A stretch of DNA of 62,452 bases from Nitrospirales bacterium (GTDB lineage Bacteria > Nitrospirota > Nitrospiria > Nitrospirales > UBA8639), in assembly GCA_009377845.1 (NCBI GenBank), contig WHTE01000001.1:1-62452 (forward strand). The letters are read 5' to 3'. This document shows positions 57,709 through 62,452 of this stretch, piece by piece. Numbering within the stretch: the first letter of the stretch is position 1; every line of letters starts with the position of its first letter. Position numbers and translations under genes: made by a program. The notes beneath the pieces are model-generated. The model searched no databases and was not told the origin of the DNA. It was given only the letters and a program-made list of their open reading frames with translations.

Positions 57709-58404
57709 GTGAAACCTCACGTAGAAACAGCCGCAGGATTAGCCTTCGTTCCCGTCCTCGCGACTCTCGGATTTTATGCGCTTCCTCCCAACTGGCAATC
57801 TCAACTCACCATACAGTTTGCTCCACAACTGATTGCCTATCTGGCCTTGAGCGTGTGGGCTTATCGAAATGTCGGCCGGCGTGTCAAACTTGGCCTGTCC
57901 TATGACAACATTCAGCCAGGGATTTTCTGGGGGACCATGACCGGTATCATCCTGGGAACGCTGAATACCGGGGTGATCCTTTACCTCATACCCGCCCTGG
58001 GATGGGATATCAGGTTTCTCTCTCAGACTCCCCATGCGCAAGTACCTTTCTGGATCATGGTGCCCTGGTTTATCATCGTGATTGCAATGGCGGTGGAATT
58101 GAATTTCCGGGGATTTCTCCTGGGCCGATTACTGGTGTTTTTTGATGAGGCTCTCAAAACCGATCCCTCCTCTGCCACCCGGATTCGCATGAACGTCTTT
58201 CTCCCGTTAAGCATTTCGGCTCTCACGTTTTCATTTGATCCCTTTATGGTGACGACCTTCCGTCACTTACACTGGATTGCCCTGTGGGATGGCCTGGTGT
58301 GGGGATGGATGTGGATGCGGATGCACAATCTCTATGCGGTCATGACCGCTCATGCCGTGGAAGTGGCTATTGTCTATCTCATCATACGGGGAGTGCTGGC
58401 ATGA
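57709..58404 (+). CDS. CPBP (CAAX/Abi) family intramembrane protease-like protein
   Basis: AVELNFRGFLL (degenerate EExxFRG), NLYAVMTAHAV; multiple TM helices. Confidence 0.7.
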   Translation: MKPHVETAAGLAFVPVLATLGFYALPPNWQSQLTIQFAPQLIAYLALSVWAYRNVGRRVKLGLSYDNIQPGIFWGTMTGIILGTLNTGVILYLIPALGWDIRFLSQTPHAQVPFWIMVPWFIIVIAMAVELNFRGFLLGRLLVFFDEALKTDPSSATRIRMNVFLPLSISALTFSFDPFMVTTFRHLHWIALWDGLVWGWMWMRMHNLYAVMTAHAVEVAIVYLIIRGVLA

Positions 58405-59411
58405 CACCCTCTTTTTCCCCGCATTTGGTGAATCATCCGTTTGGAGACCCCGGCCTGTATGTCGAAGTTCGTTGGAGCCGGCGGGCGTTGCTCTTTGATC
58501 TGGGCGATAATGTCTCGTTAAGCCCATCCCGGCTTCTACGGGCGCAGGATATTTTCATTTCTCACACACATATGGATCACTTTATCGGGTTTGACCGGCT
58601 CGTTCGTATTGCCCTGGGTCGAGGCAAACACCTTCGATTGTATGGTCCACCTGGCCTTATTGAGAATATCCAGGGCAAACTCCGGGGCTATACCTGGAAT
58701 CTGGTTGACGGATATCCGCTGACCATCGAAGTCAAGGAATATCACCCCACCTACATCCAATCGGCGCACTTTCATGCGAAAGACGCGTTCATCGGTCAGC
58801 TCCAAGCCCCAATCCCTGGCGAGCATTCACACATCTTTACGGTTCTCCAGGAACCCGCTCTTCTCGTCCAGGCCGTGGCTCTCAACCATCGCATCCCCTC
58901 GCTGGCATTTGCCCTGGAAGAACCCTTTCACATCAATATCAATAAAGTCCGACTCCATGAAGCTGGACTTCCGGTGGGCTCCTGGCTCAAGGAAGTCAAA
59001 CAATTGATTTGGGATGGCGCACCGGATTCGCACATCTTCTCCGCCACGTTATATATTGAACACCGGAAAGAAGAGCGGACATTTGATTTGGGCACACTGA
59101 AACGAGAATTTACGACGATCACCAGGGGTCAAAAAATCGCCTATGTCGTCGATTGCCGGTATGATGCGGAAAATGAGCAGAAGATTATTCAGTTATGCCT
59201 GGGGGCCGATACCCTATTTTGCGAGGCGCCATTTTTAGAGGCGGACCGGGAAAAGGCTGCCAACCGGTACCACCTCACGGCCAATCAAGCAGGAATCCTT
59301 GGACGAAAAGCCGGGGTGCAACACTTGGTCGTCTTTCATTTTTCCCCCAGGTATACCGGCCAGGGAGATAGGCTTCAACGGGAGGCCCTGCAGGCCTTTT
59401 ATGAACATTAA
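58401..59411 (+). CDS. Ribonuclease Z-like metallo-beta-lactamase fold protein
   Basis: LVNHPFGDPGLY, LLFDLG, SHTHMDHFIG, HLTA, FHFSPRY. Confidence 0.85.
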   Translation: MTPSFSPHLVNHPFGDPGLYVEVRWSRRALLFDLGDNVSLSPSRLLRAQDIFISHTHMDHFIGFDRLVRIALGRGKHLRLYGPPGLIENIQGKLRGYTWNLVDGYPLTIEVKEYHPTYIQSAHFHAKDAFIGQLQAPIPGEHSHIFTVLQEPALLVQAVALNHRIPSLAFALEEPFHININKVRLHEAGLPVGSWLKEVKQLIWDGAPDSHIFSATLYIEHRKEERTFDLGTLKREFTTITRGQKIAYVVDCRYDAENEQKIIQLCLGADTLFCEAPFLEADREKAANRYHLTANQAGILGRKAGVQHLVVFHFSPRYTGQGDRLQREALQAFYEH

Positions 59412-59435
59412 CAAGACACCACACGGGGAGGAACG

Positions 59436-59774
59436 ATGTCGGAATGGGTCAAATATGGGTTGTATTTTTTCCTGGGTGGATTATTAGTCAGCATCTCCAC
59501 CTACCTGGGAAGTCATGGCAAAGGGTTCCTGGCCGCGTTGGCCAGCACGCTGCCGGTCATTAGCGGATTGACATTTGTCTTAGTATACGTCAATGCGGGG
59601 TCAGCTCCGACCGTCTCGTTTGCCAAACATTTAATTTGGCTCTCCCCCCCATGGTTTGTATATGTGGGAACGATGATTGCCGTCGTCCCAAAGTTGGGCT
59701 TTTGGCCGGCATATGGGTTAGCTTTCGGGTTATACTTGGCAGGAGTGGGTCTGACCCGACTGATTCTTGACTAA
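59436..59774 (+). CDS. Small membrane protein (DUF3147/GlpM-like)
   Basis: YFFLGGLLV, LAALASTLP, four TM helices. Confidence 0.6.
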   Translation: MSEWVKYGLYFFLGGLLVSISTYLGSHGKGFLAALASTLPVISGLTFVLVYVNAGSAPTVSFAKHLIWLSPPWFVYVGTMIAVVPKLGFWPAYGLAFGLYLAGVGLTRLILD

Positions 59775-59940
59775 CAAAGAACGCCCCCATCACGGTCAAT
59801 CACTTTGGGGGTCTTCGTGCACAGAGAGTGAGGACCCTTGGCTGCGTTGGAATTCACACAGATGACGATGAAGGAGGAAGCATCCAAAGGCCTCTCCCAC
59901 ACATTTCCGGAAAAAGCTGTTTTTGTTGAAGGCCGGTAAC

Positions 59941-60360
59941 ATGGCTGAATTCATCAAACCGATCATTCATGCATTTTTAGTGTGTGACACCATTATCATC
60001 GATAGCCTGACAGGAAAAAAGAGCATCATTGGAGCATTTACGCACCTCTGGGCCAGGACGTTTCCGTGCCAGCATCCACAAGTCGGCGTCTATTTTTCGC
60101 TCACAGATGCGGAAGGCAAGTACGCATTCGAAATTCAACTGATATACCTTGATAAAGACCAGGTCGTCGGCAAAGGTTCCCTCCCGCCAATTGACATTCC
60201 AAGCCGCTTGGCCAGCCACGACTTTGGCGTGAACATTCCCTATCTCGTGTTTCCAGGACCGGGGCGATATGAGTTTCGTCTGTATGCCGATGGTCATTTC
60301 ATCACCCAAAAGGACTTCCAGGTCATTCAACAAGAATCTCCTGTCCCGCCCCGGTCCTGA
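59941..60360 (+). CDS. Conserved hypothetical protein (DUF6941-like)
   Basis: AFLVCD.II.D..TGKKSIIGAF, FPGPGRYEFRL. Confidence 0.65.
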   Translation: MAEFIKPIIHAFLVCDTIIIDSLTGKKSIIGAFTHLWARTFPCQHPQVGVYFSLTDAEGKYAFEIQLIYLDKDQVVGKGSLPPIDIPSRLASHDFGVNIPYLVFPGPGRYEFRLYADGHFITQKDFQVIQQESPVPPRS

Positions 60361-60536
60361 GTCAACATCCGCCTCACGTTCTGATCGAAACCACTATCAA
60401 TTCCCCGTCCCCTCCTACCAGTCTTGCGGGTTGAACCCATGATTTTGAGTACACGATCCGGACGACAATATCAATAGACGATCATCCAAGGGGCATGAAC
60501 GCCCCGCTTCTCCCTGGATCCGGCAGTAACCAAAAG

Positions 60537-60823
60537 GGGAGTGTTGAAAAATGCCGCCGTGCCTGCGCCAGAGCTCCCGGCCTTCGTAGCCGAAGCTACT
60601 TCGGCGGAGTAGGCTCGGCAGGCAGGCCAGCGGCGTTCTCGCCCCCTGGCCGTGCTCAGTACTCCTTCGTACGCTCCGCCCGTCCAAGCGGCTGCGGCCT
60701 TCCCTTCGAGAGGCCTCCGGACTGGACTGGACGGGCCTTTTTGAACACTCTCGTCTTTTTTTCGTATGGTTCTCGGTTACCCACATGCGGATCACCAGGC
60801 AAAATATTGCAATTATTCAACAG
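60537..60823 (-). repeat. Family B repeat carrying a nested ~70-bp palindromic insertion
   Basis: Colinear with 44895-45113 except for an insert at 60559-60628 flanked by GCC. Confidence 0.8.
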
Positions 60824-61022
60824 TCTCAAAAGCGAATTTCGCCAATCTTGACATCTCCTTTGAGTCTCGGGATTTCACATTTCCTCGGTATCCACCGATG
60901 AACTATCCGGTAAGGGTCATCCAACCACCTCAAGGACGCGCTCGACAGAGGCCCCACCGGACAGAAGGTAGCTCTCACCTCTAAAACTGGACATGGCCGT
61001 ATTTTTTGAAAGGGAAATCGGA

Positions 61023-61958
61023 ATGGACGCACTAGACCACCAACAACGGAAACAACGCACAAGCTATCTTCTCCTCCTGCTCCTCTTTTTGGTGGGCACC
61101 GGGACGGTCCACGGCCAGGTAGTGGGGGATGGGTACAACAATAGCCTGATTTACAAAATCCAGTCCGACACGAATACCGTCTATATTTTGGGCTCGATTC
61201 ATGTTTTGGCCGAAGAGTATTATCCCCTCACCAGATCCTTCTCCTACGCCTATTACAATTCCCAAAAGGTCATCTTTGAGATTGATCCTGAAATATTGTT
61301 TTCCCCCGACTCATGGACCAAATACGAAAAACAGTACACCTTCCAAAACGGGAAAACCCTGGAAACGGTTCTCTCGCCAAAAACCTATACGCTGGTCAAA
61401 CAGAAACTCGAGGCCATGGGGGCTGATATCCAGGAGGTGAAGAAATACAAACCCTGGGTACTCTATCTCACGTTAAGCGGAAGATTTGATTCATCCATAG
61501 ACTTTCGCCCTGAATTAGGGATCGAAAATCATTTCTATCGCATGGCGAAAGATGCCGGAAAACCGACTGGAGGACTGGAAACCATTCAAGACCAATTGGA
61601 TGTCTTTGATACGCTCCCTCTCACTATCCAGGATGCGCTCCTTCAAGAATCACTCGCCATCACCGGATCGAAGGAACGAGAAAAGGCCTTTTTACAGATG
61701 GTGAAAGCCTGGCACCAGGGAAGCCTGGACGGGTTAGAACAATTGGTAGAGACATTCAAAACCTATCCGCTGTTTTACAAAAAACTCCTCGTACAACGAA
61801 ACCGGAACTGGGTTCCTCAAATCGCATCCTTCTTAAAGGAGGACAACAACGTGTTGGTCATCGTGGGTGCGGCCCACCTGGCGGGTGAAGACGGATTGCT
61901 CGCCCTGCTGACAAAACAAGGCTACCATCTTGAACGAGTGTCCTATGCCATGCCCTAA
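61023..61958 (+). CDS. TraB/GumN family protein
   Basis: YILGSIH, GLETIQDQL, LLVQRNRNW, VGAAHLAGEDGLL. Confidence 0.9.
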   Translation: MDALDHQQRKQRTSYLLLLLLFLVGTGTVHGQVVGDGYNNSLIYKIQSDTNTVYILGSIHVLAEEYYPLTRSFSYAYYNSQKVIFEIDPEILFSPDSWTKYEKQYTFQNGKTLETVLSPKTYTLVKQKLEAMGADIQEVKKYKPWVLYLTLSGRFDSSIDFRPELGIENHFYRMAKDAGKPTGGLETIQDQLDVFDTLPLTIQDALLQESLAITGSKEREKAFLQMVKAWHQGSLDGLEQLVETFKTYPLFYKKLLVQRNRNWVPQIASFLKEDNNVLVIVGAAHLAGEDGLLALLTKQGYHLERVSYAMP

Positions 61959-61974
61959 AAAAAGATGCGTATCG

Positions 61975-62452
61975 CTAATGCCGATCAGCATCGGCCACCC
62001 CCTTCCGGGCCATCCAATCAACAACCTGCGGGCTCACTAATTTCATCCACCGGCCCCACTGTCCTCTCCAGGATGTGAACGCTAACCGTTCCCGGTGAGA
62101 CATCGCCTTCACGATCATGTCCGCACACCTCTCCGCGGTTAAAAACCTGGAATGTCCCCGAAGCACCTGCCCGAAGGGTTGCCCATTTGCCCCGACACTT
62201 CGCTCATGAATTTGGGATTGCACGAAATCAGGAGCCACGATGGTCACTGTGACCCCCGTACCTGCCAACTCGATGCGAAGCGACTCAAAAAATCCGTTCA
62301 TCGCATGCTTACTGGCACAATAGGCCGAATGAGCAGGCACTCCCGTCAAACTCGCAACACTGGAGATCGCCACAATCCGGCCTTGAGTTTTCTTCAAGAA
62401 CGGCAAAGCGAATTTTGTACAGTACACGCTTCCGAAAAAATTCACCGCCATC
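61975..62452 (-). CDS. SDR family oxidoreductase (partial, 5' end outside the window)
   Basis: VNFFG, ISSVA, YCASK (YxxxK). Confidence 0.88.
   Translation of the reverse strand, partial: MAVNFFGSVYCTKFALPFLKKTQGRIVAISSVASLTGVPAHSAYCASKHAMNGFFESLRIELAGTGVTVTIVAPDFVQSQIHERSVGANGQPFGQVLRGHSRFLTAERCADMIVKAMSHRERLAFTSWRGQWGRWMKLVSPQVVDWMARKGVADADRH

Overview
Bacterial chromosome segment, most likely from a Nitrospirota (Nitrospira-like) genome. This is an inference from a diderm gene set (BamD, Ccm) combined with a Pup-type proteasome operon and the repeat families present. Left to right: partial fabH, bamD, and a System I cytochrome c maturation cluster (ccdA, tlpA, ccmABC, an apparent CcmE-like/CcmD fusion, ccmEFGHI). 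Next is a disturbed ECF sigma / anti-sigma / VIT-vWA locus. It carries an AT-rich cassette of three exported heme enzymes (two RoxA/MauG-motif di-heme cytochromes c around a catalase-fold lipoprotein) bounded by ~380-bp direct repeats of the VIT gene 5' end, plus a ParDE-type toxin-antitoxin pair. Core genes follow (ppx, yggX, yqgE, ampG, DUF748, ffh-rpsP-rimM-trmD-rplS-rnhB-yraN, ftsEX-envC-ctpA, thiSGE). Then comes an arc-dop-prcB-prcA-pafA operon with no recognisable pup/UBact gene, and assorted housekeeping genes, a decayed ABC permease and nested MITE/REP-like repeats. No rRNA, tRNA, CRISPR array, integrase or transposase was seen. All family assignments are from motif recognition by eye; no database searches were run.
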